This document shows positions 49,354 through 58,270 of a stretch of DNA of 64,000 bases, piece by piece. The translations under genes and the position numbers were made by a program. The stretch lies in IMG/VR virus record IMGVR_UViG_3300042691_019533, positions 14,183 to 78,182 of that record; one strand, given 5' to 3'. Under the pieces are notes generated by a model that did no database searches, had not been told where the DNA came from, and was given only the letters and a program-made list of their open reading frames with translations. This DNA comes from a virus. The stretch's first letter is position 1, and each line of letters begins with the position of its first letter.

Positions 49354-50067
49354 TTATTTAAGATTTAACATAAATCTAGTATTTGAATCTGATATACTAT
49401 AGTTATCATAACAGAAAGAAACGTTACTATATTTCATTCCATCCTCTGCATATGAATATGTCTCGCCTTCAATAGAAATAGGAGCAACATTAAAAAATCT
49501 ATAAACTTTTCTTATTTGCATTTTATTATATTGTCCAGCTTTAGCTAACATTACAATATCAACATTATCTAATTTAACTCTTTTTGGTGAGTTTTTTTCT
49601 CTAGCCATTAATCCGTAATATCCTACAGAAATTATCCAAGGTCTAATAACTAAATCTAAAAAAGAAGCATTTGTTTCTAACATAGTAATGCTTAAATTAT
49701 CTGGCTGAGATCTAGCTGATGCAGTAGTAGGAGCTTGATATCCACCATAAGATAAACCATCATGCGATGCCGATATCGTTTCTTTAGGTAAAACGACTTG
49801 TTTTGCAAAAACACAACCCGTTAGACTAGTTTCAGAATGATGCAATCTATTACTAGTTAAATATAAAGAGCCATCACTACTTAAATTCCAACTACTTTGA
49901 TTTTCTAATTCGTTTAATTTTGGAGTAAAATTGGAAAAGAATTTATTTCTTTTTAATGGATCTAAATTAAAAGATATAAACCATTGACTAGCTAATGCTA
50001 ATCCAGTAGGCCATTCTCCCAGTAAATCTAAATAATATGAATAAGGACTTTTATATCTTTCTAACAT
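49354..50067 (-). CDS. Tail tube-fold baseplate protein (gp54-like)
   Basis: AKQVVLP, LSITMLET, YRFFNVAPISI, VSFCY. Confidence 0.55.
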   Translation of the reverse strand: MLERYKSPYSYYLDLLGEWPTGLALASQWFISFNLDPLKRNKFFSNFTPKLNELENQSSWNLSSDGSLYLTSNRLHHSETSLTGCVFAKQVVLPKETISASHDGLSYGGYQAPTTASARSQPDNLSITMLETNASFLDLVIRPWIISVGYYGLMAREKNSPKRVKLDNVDIVMLAKAGQYNKMQIRKVYRFFNVAPISIEGETYSYAEDGMKYSNVSFCYDNYSISDSNTRFMLNLK

Positions 50068-50091
50068 ATTATTTTAGAAAAATTAATTTGT

Positions 50092-50637
50092 TTAAGATGA
50101 ACCTAATCTCCAATATTGATAAGCTATAGTTGCTTGTTGAGTAATTATATCTCCAGCGGTAGTGACATCTAAAGTCATATCTCCTGTATTTACACAATAT
50201 GCTCCAAAAAGAGTATATGTTCTTAATGGATTACCTTTTTTATCTATTAGAGTTAATATTACTTGATTGCTTGAATCTTTACTTGGAATGTTATATGACC
50301 CAGTACTTGTAGCATCATCAAATACAGATTTTGTCCAATCTTCAAATTTTCTTCTTATTGAAAAATTTTGAGGAATTCTAAAAGTTATATTCCAACCATT
50401 TGAATTAGGATATTGTGCTGTTCCGGGAACGTTAAATTGTAATCCCATAAACGGAACTTGAATATTATTAATAGCTCTACCAGGTAGAGTTGTAGCCGTA
50501 GCATACATTAATTCGTTTATGTTAAATCTAGAACCTCCCAAAGCAACAACTCTAAATAAATTTTGTCTAGCAAAATCATTTATAGTTGCTGCGTTATAGA
50601 AGTTTTCTATTCCAGTTGTTTCGAGTAATCCAGCCAT
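50092..50637 (-). CDS. gp19: Tail tube protein (gp19-like)
   Basis: ARQNLFRV, TLPGR, VPFMG, WNITF, RRKFEDW, YTLFG, TIAYQYW; follows the sheath gene. Confidence 0.85.
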   Translation of the reverse strand: MAGLLETTGIENFYNAATINDFARQNLFRVVALGGSRFNINELMYATATTLPGRAINNIQVPFMGLQFNVPGTAQYPNSNGWNITFRIPQNFSIRRKFEDWTKSVFDDATSTGSYNIPSKDSSNQVILTLIDKKGNPLRTYTLFGAYCVNTGDMTLDVTTAGDIITQQATIAYQYWRLGSS

Positions 50638-50645
50638 ATATTATA

Positions 50646-50651
50646 TACTTA
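50646..50651 (-). promoter_or_regulatory. Late promoter box TAAGTA
   Basis: 8 nt before ATG 50637. Confidence 0.65.
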
Positions 50652-50668
50652 TCTAAATTTATCTACAA

Positions 50669-53158
50669 TTATCCAATTATTTCAGAAAAAGTAACACCAG
50701 TTCTTGTTCCGATAAAATCTGCCAATATAAACTCAGCTGTTCTAACTGGTTTGATATATATTGACACTTTAAGTTCATTATTATCGATAACATCTGGGGT
50801 GTTATTTCTTTCATCGCAAACTATTTCATACTCATATAAACCATCATTCAATTTGGCTTTATCAAAAATAGGTAATAAAGCTCCGACTAATCTTTGTCTA
50901 GTTGTAAATGTATTTGGTTCGAATACATAGTATTTTAATAATTCTTTTGTTTGTTTTTCTAAAGTTAAGAACAATCTTCTAACGTTAATTCTATCAAATG
51001 CGGAAGGTTTACGATATAATGTTTTTTGTCCAAATACTGCAAAACCATCAACACCAAAGAATGATATTGGATTTATATTTATCTTATATAATAAATCAGA
51101 TTGTTTCTGTGTCGCATCAACACCAATATCTAAAACATTTATTAATGTTCCACGGTTTAATCCTGCGGGAGCAGCCCAAGGAAATAATATTTGTGAAGAG
51201 GTTGCGATTATAGATGCTATAAATCCTGACGGTGGAACCCAAACATCTTGAGTTGTGAAGTCATCAGTAACTTTCAACCAGTTTCCATATGATGCCATAT
51301 AGCTACATTGATAAGCAGCAAATTGATTTTTCAATCCCCAATATATATCATTAGAAAATACGTAATTTTTATCTTTTATTGTTTTGTAATTTCTACCTTG
51401 GACGAAAATATATCTTAACGGATCGGCTATAAATAAATGATCTTTTCTATCTGTTGCAAACGTTACAAATTTATTAGCTATAGCAGAATAATCTGAATTT
51501 ATTCCTGCTACGATCTCTCCAGATGTATTTTTTAACTCTGAAATATCTACATAATAATTTTCGTCGAATATATATTCAGAATTATTAGCATCTTTTTCTC
51601 TCTTATATTTAGCACCAGCCCAAATAGTTCCTAACCCACCTTCAACTACAACGTCAACATTTATGTTTTCGTTATTTTGAATTTGATTTAAAATTCTTTG
51701 TAATTTAAGAGGAACATTTCCTAAGTCTTTGGATGTATTATTATTTTGTTGTAAATAAACACTGGTAGGATACATCGCCTTCAAATTATTAGAAATTCTA
51801 ATTTTTTTGGCTGGTTTTCCATCCTCGGCTGTCCATATTCCAGAATTAGCAATATAAGGATTAGTGATAACTTTAATGTTATTTGATTTATTATTTACTA
51901 TAGTATCAATAAAGAAAGTATTAGGAGTTCCGAATGTAGGGTTATTTTGCGTTCTCTTAGAGTAAACTGATCCGACATAACCTTCTACTAAATTATAATC
52001 TAATGTTATAGTGTCTTGATTAAATATTGTTGTTTTTAGTTTAAATAATCCAAATACTAAGCTATCATCAAATGTATCGCTCTTGAAATCAAATTCCGTT
52101 GGTAATGATTCTAATTTTTCAGAAATACTATTACCACCAAATTCTGTATATTTTTGTGTTAATGGGAAGTTGAATCTTGAAGTCGGAATCTTATAAAAAT
52201 CTTGTTTTGTTAATTTTCCAGAAGCTACTGTTTTTGATTGCGTAGTATAAATAGCAGATACGGAATCAAAATCTGTAGAAGGGTTTATGTTTAAATTGTC
52301 AGTTATACCTAAATAGTAACCTTCATATAAATCATTTATACTTCTTTTAGCGTCATTTATTACTATCAATCCTGCTTTATAAAAATCTGATATTGTGTTA
52401 ATGTTATTAACAGCTGTTATATTATTAGCATACGTATAACTATCTCTCCAAGAGATATCATTAGCTATAATTTTACTGTAAGTAGCATCATCAATCAATA
52501 CTGATATAGGACTTTGTAATTCATACCTATTTGCTTCGGTTAAAGTAGAAGCAGAAGTTCTTACTACAGTTGTAGCTTGAGTGTAAACCGATAATGGGAA
52601 ATAATATGTTGTTACTCCATTATCATTTAAAACTGTATAAGCAGATAATGATTTTATTAAATTGTTAGATAATTGATTAGAAGTTAAAGTATTAATTGAA
52701 GAATAAACTGAAAAATATCCTAAATTTGTAACTTCAGCTAATATATCAGACAAACTAAATCCAACAACAAGAGATGATGAAGAATAAATAAAAGTATTAG
52801 GAATTGTGCTTAACGATTCTACATATGCTGAAACTGGGTATATCAAAGCGCTATATTGATTAGCATATCCAACACCCAAATCCGATCCATAAGGTAATCT
52901 AGAAACTTGCAAATTAGCTGGAGAAGTATTTAGAATTTGTTTTACGGAATGATACAAATATCTTTCTGATGAATTTGTAGGAACTCCATATATTTGTTCA
53001 AATTCGGAAATATCAGATATATTAACTAAATCTTCCGTTGGTCCTTGAGGTGCAAATCCGGTTATTAAAACGTCGGTTGCTCCTATCGGTCTTGTGGTCA
53101 AAGTAAGATCTTGTTCTGTTATTTGTACTCCTGGTGATGCAATAGTTCTTGTTGACAT
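50669..53158 (-). CDS. gp18: Tail sheath protein (gp18-like)
   Basis: SPGVQITEQDLT, WVPPSG, PWAAPAG, SAFDRINVRRLF, FEPN, CDERNNTP, IKPVRTAEFI; ATG 53158 preferred. Confidence 0.93.
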   Translation of the reverse strand: MSTRTIASPGVQITEQDLTLTTRPIGATDVLITGFAPQGPTEDLVNISDISEFEQIYGVPTNSSERYLYHSVKQILNTSPANLQVSRLPYGSDLGVGYANQYSALIYPVSAYVESLSTIPNTFIYSSSSLVVGFSLSDILAEVTNLGYFSVYSSINTLTSNQLSNNLIKSLSAYTVLNDNGVTTYYFPLSVYTQATTVVRTSASTLTEANRYELQSPISVLIDDATYSKIIANDISWRDSYTYANNITAVNNINTISDFYKAGLIVINDAKRSINDLYEGYYLGITDNLNINPSTDFDSVSAIYTTQSKTVASGKLTKQDFYKIPTSRFNFPLTQKYTEFGGNSISEKLESLPTEFDFKSDTFDDSLVFGLFKLKTTIFNQDTITLDYNLVEGYVGSVYSKRTQNNPTFGTPNTFFIDTIVNNKSNNIKVITNPYIANSGIWTAEDGKPAKKIRISNNLKAMYPTSVYLQQNNNTSKDLGNVPLKLQRILNQIQNNENINVDVVVEGGLGTIWAGAKYKREKDANNSEYIFDENYYVDISELKNTSGEIVAGINSDYSAIANKFVTFATDRKDHLFIADPLRYIFVQGRNYKTIKDKNYVFSNDIYWGLKNQFAAYQCSYMASYGNWLKVTDDFTTQDVWVPPSGFIASIIATSSQILFPWAAPAGLNRGTLINVLDIGVDATQKQSDLLYKININPISFFGVDGFAVFGQKTLYRKPSAFDRINVRRLFLTLEKQTKELLKYYVFEPNTFTTRQRLVGALLPIFDKAKLNDGLYEYEIVCDERNNTPDVIDNNELKVSIYIKPVRTAEFILADFIGTRTGVTFSEIIG

Positions 53159-53165
53159 AATGTTA

Positions 53166-53173
53166 TATTTATA
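53166..53173 (-). promoter_or_regulatory. T4-consensus late promoter TATAAATA
   Basis: 7 nt before sheath ATG 53158. Confidence 0.7.
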
Positions 53174-53246
53174 ATATTTATCTTTTAAAATAACCATTTT
53201 TTATAAATTGTTTAAAACTTTTATTTTTAGAGTAAATATATTGTAA

Positions 53247-53531
53247 ATGAATACACACAATTTTGATTTGTTAGTATCTTCTTTATTAGAAGAAGCAAAA
53301 TGTACCGGTCCGACTAAAAAAGCATCATCAACAGCAAAAGGAAAGAAATGGATGAAATGTGTTAAAAATCCAAAAGGAAAAGGATATAAAAGAATACATT
53401 GGGGTCAAGCTGGTGTTAGAGTTACTGGAAAATCTGGGAATACTAAAAGAAAAAAATCATTCAGAGCTAGACATAAATGTTCTTCAGCTAAACCAGGAAC
53501 CCCAAAATATCAAGCTTGTAAAGATTGGTAA
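53247..53531 (+). CDS. Small, highly basic protein with propeptide-like N-terminus
   Basis: NFDLLVSSLLEE followed by a Lys/Arg-rich domain with RKKSFRARHKC..YQACKDW; TAAATA box at 53233-53238. Confidence 0.75.
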   Translation: MNTHNFDLLVSSLLEEAKCTGPTKKASSTAKGKKWMKCVKNPKGKGYKRIHWGQAGVRVTGKSGNTKRKKSFRARHKCSSAKPGTPKYQACKDW

Positions 53532-53572
53532 TTTTTTCTTGTAAAAAAAAATAAAAATATAATAATAAAATT

Positions 53573-53965
53573 ATGAATAAATTTAGTAATACTATACAAA
53601 ATTATATAAAGGAACAAAATATAAATTTTAATCCTGAAGCAGCTAAAACAAGTATACCTAAAAATCCGCAATTAGATAATGCATCAAAAGTAATGCAAAC
53701 AGTTACAAATTTAATTCAAGGACAAGTCAAGCAAACTCCAGAAGAGTTTGAAAAAGCATTAATTGTAGCTTTTACCCCATTCGGAGTAAAAAATATTGAT
53801 GATGCATATAAAGTTTTAGAAAAATTTGGGTTTAAAAAACAAGACCAACAAAATGATTTAAATAAAACAAATCAACAAAATAATACACAAGAAACATCAA
53901 CTCAAAATACCCCTAATACCCCAAAAGCTTCTGATACTGCATATTCGTCAATGCCAAAAGCATAA
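53573..53965 (+). CDS. Hypothetical Gln/Asn/Thr-rich protein
   Basis: 130-aa ORF, N-terminus MNKFSNTIQNYIKE. Confidence 0.7.
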   Translation: MNKFSNTIQNYIKEQNINFNPEAAKTSIPKNPQLDNASKVMQTVTNLIQGQVKQTPEEFEKALIVAFTPFGVKNIDDAYKVLEKFGFKKQDQQNDLNKTNQQNNTQETSTQNTPNTPKASDTAYSSMPKA

Positions 53966-53973
53966 ATTTCTTA

Positions 53974-54822
53974 ATGAAACAAAAAAAAGACCGTCGTCAA
54001 AAATCGGTTAGTTCTCAAGAACTAAATAACTTAAAAGATCCACAATCACAAGACAATTCTCCATATGTTTTCCAAAAGGAAAAAATAAATTACGAATTAC
54101 AAATAAAAGAATTACCTTGGACTAATAAACAAAAAGAAATAATATCTACTTTCTTAGATAAGAAAACAAAGGTTCTTTTATTAAAAGGTCCGGCAGGAAC
54201 TTCAAAAACTATACTATCTATGTATTGTGGATTGACTCTTTTGAACAAAAGAAGAGTATCGGATTTAGTTTTAGTTAGATCCGCAGTAGAGTCATCAGAT
54301 TCAAAGCTGGGATTTTTACCGGGTGATATTATGGAAAAGTTTAATGTATATTTAACTCCTTTTCATGATAAATTCTCAGAACTATTAAGTAAGCCTAATA
54401 TAGATAAACTACAAAAAGATAATAGACTTACTATATGTCCTATAAATTTCGCAAGAGGATTACATTTTTCTGCAAAGTTTGTATGCGCAGACGAAGTTCA
54501 AAATTTTTCAACTAGAGAATTACAAACTATTATGAGTAGAATTGGTGAATTTTCAAAGGTATTTTTATGTGGAGATCCAGAACAAAGTGATCTACCTCAA
54601 GGTAAGTCGGGGTTCAGTAAAGTTTACGATTTATTTAACAATGAAGAATCTAAAGAAAACGGTATTTTCTGTATGGAATTAACAGAAGCTGATATTGTAA
54701 GATCCGAATTATGTAGATTCATAACTCATAAATTTAAAGAACTAATTGTTCATACACCTCATAAACAAGAAGAAAACAATAAAGATTTAAATAAAGAATT
54801 GTGGAAACCGGGAAATAAGTAA
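53974..54822 (+). CDS. phoH: PhoH-family ATPase
   Basis: GPAGTSKT, LGFLPG, ARG, DEVQN, SRIGE, GDPEQSD, DIVRS. Confidence 0.92.
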   Translation: MKQKKDRRQKSVSSQELNNLKDPQSQDNSPYVFQKEKINYELQIKELPWTNKQKEIISTFLDKKTKVLLLKGPAGTSKTILSMYCGLTLLNKRRVSDLVLVRSAVESSDSKLGFLPGDIMEKFNVYLTPFHDKFSELLSKPNIDKLQKDNRLTICPINFARGLHFSAKFVCADEVQNFSTRELQTIMSRIGEFSKVFLCGDPEQSDLPQGKSGFSKVYDLFNNEESKENGIFCMELTEADIVRSELCRFITHKFKELIVHTPHKQEENNKDLNKELWKPGNK

Positions 54823-54834
54823 GTAAGTATTATT

Positions 54835-55014
54835 ATGAAAAGTTATCAATATCAAGTTTTAGAGAATAAACCTATCGGGTGTGACTTTTGCGGAGCGCAT
54901 ATCCAAGGTAAAGTTACAAAGAAAACAGACTTTAAAACAAAAGAAACTATAAACGAGTGTAGATGGATTTGCAGTAGATGTGGAAACCTATCTAAAGTAG
55001 GTATTGTAAAATAA
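54835..55014 (+). CDS. 59-aa zinc-ribbon protein (absent from the ORF track)
   Basis: MKSYQYQVLENKPIGCDFCG...WICSRCGNLSKVGIVK; two CxxC motifs; TAAGTA boxes upstream; TAATG coupling to the next gene. Confidence 0.8.
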   Translation: MKSYQYQVLENKPIGCDFCGAHIQGKVTKKTDFKTKETINECRWICSRCGNLSKVGIVK

Positions 55015-55514
55015 TGAAGTTTAATAAATTAGTAAGCGAAATATACGATACTAATATTAATAAACAATATGGTGCTACGAATTCCGCACCTAGAAAAGAT
55101 TTTGCTCCAGCATCCTCTAAAGATGGATACCACAATGATTATCAAAACTTGGGAGCGTCCGAATTAGAAACCCCACAACCTGAAAATCCTCCATCTTTTC
55201 CTTGGGAATTACAAACTATTAATGATGATTTAGCCAATGGATTTGTATCCATACTTTCTTCAACGGAAAAAATAAGAAACGCATATAAAAATAATCAAGC
55301 TTTAGATATAAATCAAAAGAATGAGTTCAGACATATATTTAAATTTTCTAGAAAAATTTTAAATGCTATAAAAAAGGTAGCGTTAAAAATAGATGAAATT
55401 TCTGATCTTAGTGTAGAAAAAAAACCAGAAATAAAGATTAATGCTGCTCTGGATAACAACCCAACTTTATTTAAAAGACAGCAAGTAAAAATTAAAATAC
55501 CAAATAAAGATTGA
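55014..55514 (+). CDS. Hypothetical protein
   Basis: 166-aa ORF, N-terminus MKFNKLVSEIY. Confidence 0.7.
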   Translation: MKFNKLVSEIYDTNINKQYGATNSAPRKDFAPASSKDGYHNDYQNLGASELETPQPENPPSFPWELQTINDDLANGFVSILSSTEKIRNAYKNNQALDINQKNEFRHIFKFSRKILNAIKKVALKIDEISDLSVEKKPEIKINAALDNNPTLFKRQQVKIKIPNKD

Positions 55515-55540
55515 CATTTTCATATATTTTATCGTATCAT
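55511..55540 (+). promoter_or_regulatory. Sigma70-type promoter TTGACA-N18-TATCAT
   Basis: Motif read directly; 11 nt from ATG 55552. Confidence 0.5.
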
Positions 55541-55551
55541 ATAAAAACTAT

Positions 55552-55995
55552 ATGAAAGAAACATTTAAAAAATTAATTAAATCCACATTAATTGTTATTT
55601 CCATATCTTTATTAATTGCATATGCGATTAAAAATTTAGGAGGTAATTTTACATCAAGTTTTATACTAGCTTTTACTATTCAATATATTTTATTTTCATT
55701 TATTGGAAATATTATAAATTCCTATTTAAAAGAAAAAACCACTCAAAAAGAATTGGATATTTTAGAACCTCTATCTACTATTTTAAATTGCGCTTACTGT
55801 AATCATACTAATGTTATGACTTTTCTACCTGACGAATCAGAGACTTCAGAATTTACATGCTCAAAATGTGAAAAGAAAAATTCAGTTAGAATTCAATTTG
55901 TAGTAGCTAGACAAACAGAAATGATATCACTTCCAGTTTCATCTAATGGGGTATCTTTAATAGACAAAGAAGATTTAGACAATAACAAAATATGA
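55552..55995 (+). CDS. Membrane protein with two transmembrane helices and a zinc ribbon
   Basis: Two hydrophobic helices, then CAYC..CSKC. Confidence 0.7.
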   Translation: MKETFKKLIKSTLIVISISLLIAYAIKNLGGNFTSSFILAFTIQYILFSFIGNIINSYLKEKTTQKELDILEPLSTILNCAYCNHTNVMTFLPDESETSEFTCSKCEKKNSVRIQFVVARQTEMISLPVSSNGVSLIDKEDLDNNKI

Positions 55996-56264
55996 AAAAA
56001 AATAAACAACACAAAAAATGTTGGAAAGTAATTCATGAGGAATCATCAGTTTGGGCTAGATGGATGGCTTTATATGAGGCTGTAAATTTTATAGCGGAAA
56101 AAGCTGACCAGAAAAAAATTGCATTAAAAACAAAATTAAAACCTATAGCTATTAATAAATATATAGAAGATACTCAAGATATGTATCTAAGAAAAATTTT
56201 AGAGCAAGAATATAATATTAATTTTTATTTTGATGATTCTTTTGAGAAAGTTAAAGATCAATAA
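55992..56264 (+). CDS. Hypothetical protein
   Basis: 90-aa ORF with ATGA coupling. Confidence 0.7.
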   Translation: MKKNKQHKKCWKVIHEESSVWARWMALYEAVNFIAEKADQKKIALKTKLKPIAINKYIEDTQDMYLRKILEQEYNINFYFDDSFEKVKDQ

Positions 56265-56884
56265 TCTCCATATACAGAAGTATTACTACATGATTCTTCT
56301 TCATAATTGAAGTTTTGTTTTGATAATTCTTCTGCTAAATCATTATCATCATTAGGGGTATTTCCAGTTCCTGGTCCTGGAGAATTCTCCTCATGTGAGA
56401 AGTCGTATCTCTTAGCCTTAAAGAACCAAACGTAATGTCCACCTATAGCATTAAGTTGAAATTCATCAACTACTTCTGTTAATTCATAAATAGTCGGTCC
56501 TCTTCTTGGATAGTTAAGTCGATCAGACCCAAATTCTGATAATTCCATTAAATCTCCCATTTTTGGTTCAGATGATAATCCAAAGATTTGAGTAAATAAA
56601 TCGGGATGTATAACCCCACTCATATCACTATCAGCAAGAATTCCAAATTTAGATAATAGATAAGCATCATTATTTAAATTTAATTGTACTATTAATTTCT
56701 GACCTTCCGAATATCCAGATATTACATCTTCGCCGTATAATGATGTCATGGAACTTAATTCGGAATTATTAGTATAATAAGTTATTTCTTGTCCGAATAT
56801 TTGTATTTGTTCTTTCCACCAATTTGAGAAATTTTTTCTTTCTTGTAAATTTCTACTTTTATCTAAAAATCTTAACTTTTCCAT
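56258..56884 (-). CDS. Neck protein (gp14-like)
   Basis: EQIQIFGQEITYY, LYGED, LSKFG, EPKMGDL, YELTEV, YDFSHE. Confidence 0.78.
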   Translation of the reverse strand: MEKLRFLDKSRNLQERKNFSNWWKEQIQIFGQEITYYTNNSELSSMTSLYGEDVISGYSEGQKLIVQLNLNNDAYLLSKFGILADSDMSGVIHPDLFTQIFGLSSEPKMGDLMELSEFGSDRLNYPRRGPTIYELTEVVDEFQLNAIGGHYVWFFKAKRYDFSHEENSPGPGTGNTPNDDNDLAEELSKQNFNYEEESCSNTSVYGDY

Positions 56885-56885
56885 T

Positions 56886-57284
56886 TTAATTCCCTTTATA
56901 TTTTAATTTATATGTTTTATTGTCGGGATTTAAAACTAAACATACCCCAAAACCTTTAATAGCTTTTTCTCTTTCCTGTAACGTTGGTAATGCTCTCTTA
57001 TCACCATTAAAATATTCTAGTGCTTCAGAATAACTTATTTGCTGATCTTGTTTAGTTTTTATACACTTTGAAAGTGGAGATATATTTTTCGTTAAATATC
57101 TAGGAACCATTTCTTTATGTTTACTATCATATGAAGTAATTTGATTTACTCCAGGTAATGGTTTATTGTGTCTATGGCTTATTCCAGAATTTGATAAACT
57201 TCCAGTACCTGATGATGATGAATTCTTTTCTCCTTTAGATAAAGAAAAAGAATATTTAGTATTGAAAAATTCTAAAAAAGTCAT
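56886..57284 (-). CDS. Hypothetical protein
   Basis: 132-aa ORF; TAAATA box 6 nt upstream (57291-57296). Confidence 0.7.
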   Translation of the reverse strand: MTFLEFFNTKYSFSLSKGEKNSSSSGTGSLSNSGISHRHNKPLPGVNQITSYDSKHKEMVPRYLTKNISPLSKCIKTKQDQQISYSEALEYFNGDKRALPTLQEREKAIKGFGVCLVLNPDNKTYKLKYKGN

Positions 57285-57297
57285 TTTATATATTTAC

Positions 57298-57327
57298 AAA
57301 AAAACCCCGCGAGAAGCGGGGTTTTTT
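57298..57327. terminator. Bidirectional intrinsic terminator
   Basis: AAAAAAACCCCGC-GAGAA-GCGGGGTTTTTT; on the minus strand it follows the acidic protein gene. Confidence 0.88.
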
Positions 57328-57345
57328 ATTTATATTTTTTGTATC

Positions 57346-58209
57346 TTACTTAAAATAATCTCCCTTTTTAACATCACTACCTTTAACTTCTTGTTTCTTT
57401 TTTGTTAATTCAGAAACTGCTGGTTTTGTGTTATGTGGAGTTGGTTTAGTAGAACCCTTTCCAGTATTTGGAAGAGATGCTTTCTTTTTTTTAGGTGATG
57501 TAGAAGATCCATTAACTTTAATATTTTTTGGATTTGTTAATTCAAGACCACTCTTAAGATTTAAATCTTCGGCGTCATCTAATGCGAATGATTCTGGAAA
57601 TGTCTTTTCTTCATCTTCTTCTTCGCCTTCTTCTTCGTTTTCTTCTTCACCTTCTTCACCTTCTTCACCTTCTTCACCTTCTTCTTCGTTTTCTTCTTCG
57701 CTTCCGACAGCGGCTTGAAGAATTTCGATTAATTTTTCAGCTAAATCTTTATCTAAGGTTAAAGTTACTTCTTCAGAAGAATCAGATTCATCTTCAGAAT
57801 CCATAAACTCATCAACATCAGACTCGTCTTCATTTTCGCCTTCTTCATCTAATGAAGAATCATCAAAAGCATTTAATGGTTCAATTTCGTTATTTTTTTC
57901 AGTAGAAAAATTAAAAGTTTCTTCCGAAACAATTTTATTGAATAAAACATCAAATGGATTTTTTGCTTCTTTAACTCCAGAAAGTTTTTTGATTGAAGAA
58001 TCAACATCGGAAGTTAATTCATCTGGAGCTTCTTCTGGATTTTCCACTCCTTCAACTTCATCTGGTCCAGAACCTTTAATGAAAGAAGTTACGTTTTTTT
58101 CGTTATCCTTATCTCCAAAAGCAGAACCAACTTTTAGATCGGTTTTAACCTCACTGCTTGGTACGCTTTCGTTTAGTATTGACATATATGCTTTTGTTAT
58201 TGGGTCCAT
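57346..58209 (-). CDS. Highly acidic protein, possible prohead core/internal protein
   Basis: Glu-rich tract, basic C-terminus, N-terminus AYMSILNE, late box upstream and strong terminator downstream. Confidence 0.6.
   Translation of the reverse strand: MDPITKAYMSILNESVPSSEVKTDLKVGSAFGDKDNEKNVTSFIKGSGPDEVEGVENPEEAPDELTSDVDSSIKKLSGVKEAKNPFDVLFNKIVSEETFNFSTEKNNEIEPLNAFDDSSLDEEGENEDESDVDEFMDSEDESDSSEEVTLTLDKDLAEKLIEILQAAVGSEEENEEEGEEGEEGEEGEEENEEEGEEEDEEKTFPESFALDDAEDLNLKSGLELTNPKNIKVNGSSTSPKKKKASLPNTGKGSTKPTPHNTKPAVSELTKKKQEVKGSDVKKGDYFK
57610..57700. repeat. Coding microsatellite (TTCTTCACC)x4 plus TTC runs, encoding (EEG)n
   Basis: Read directly. Confidence 0.85.
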
Positions 58210-58270
58210 AATATTTTATTATTGTATGAATATTTACACTAGATTTATTACATTTCTATATTTTTTTATG

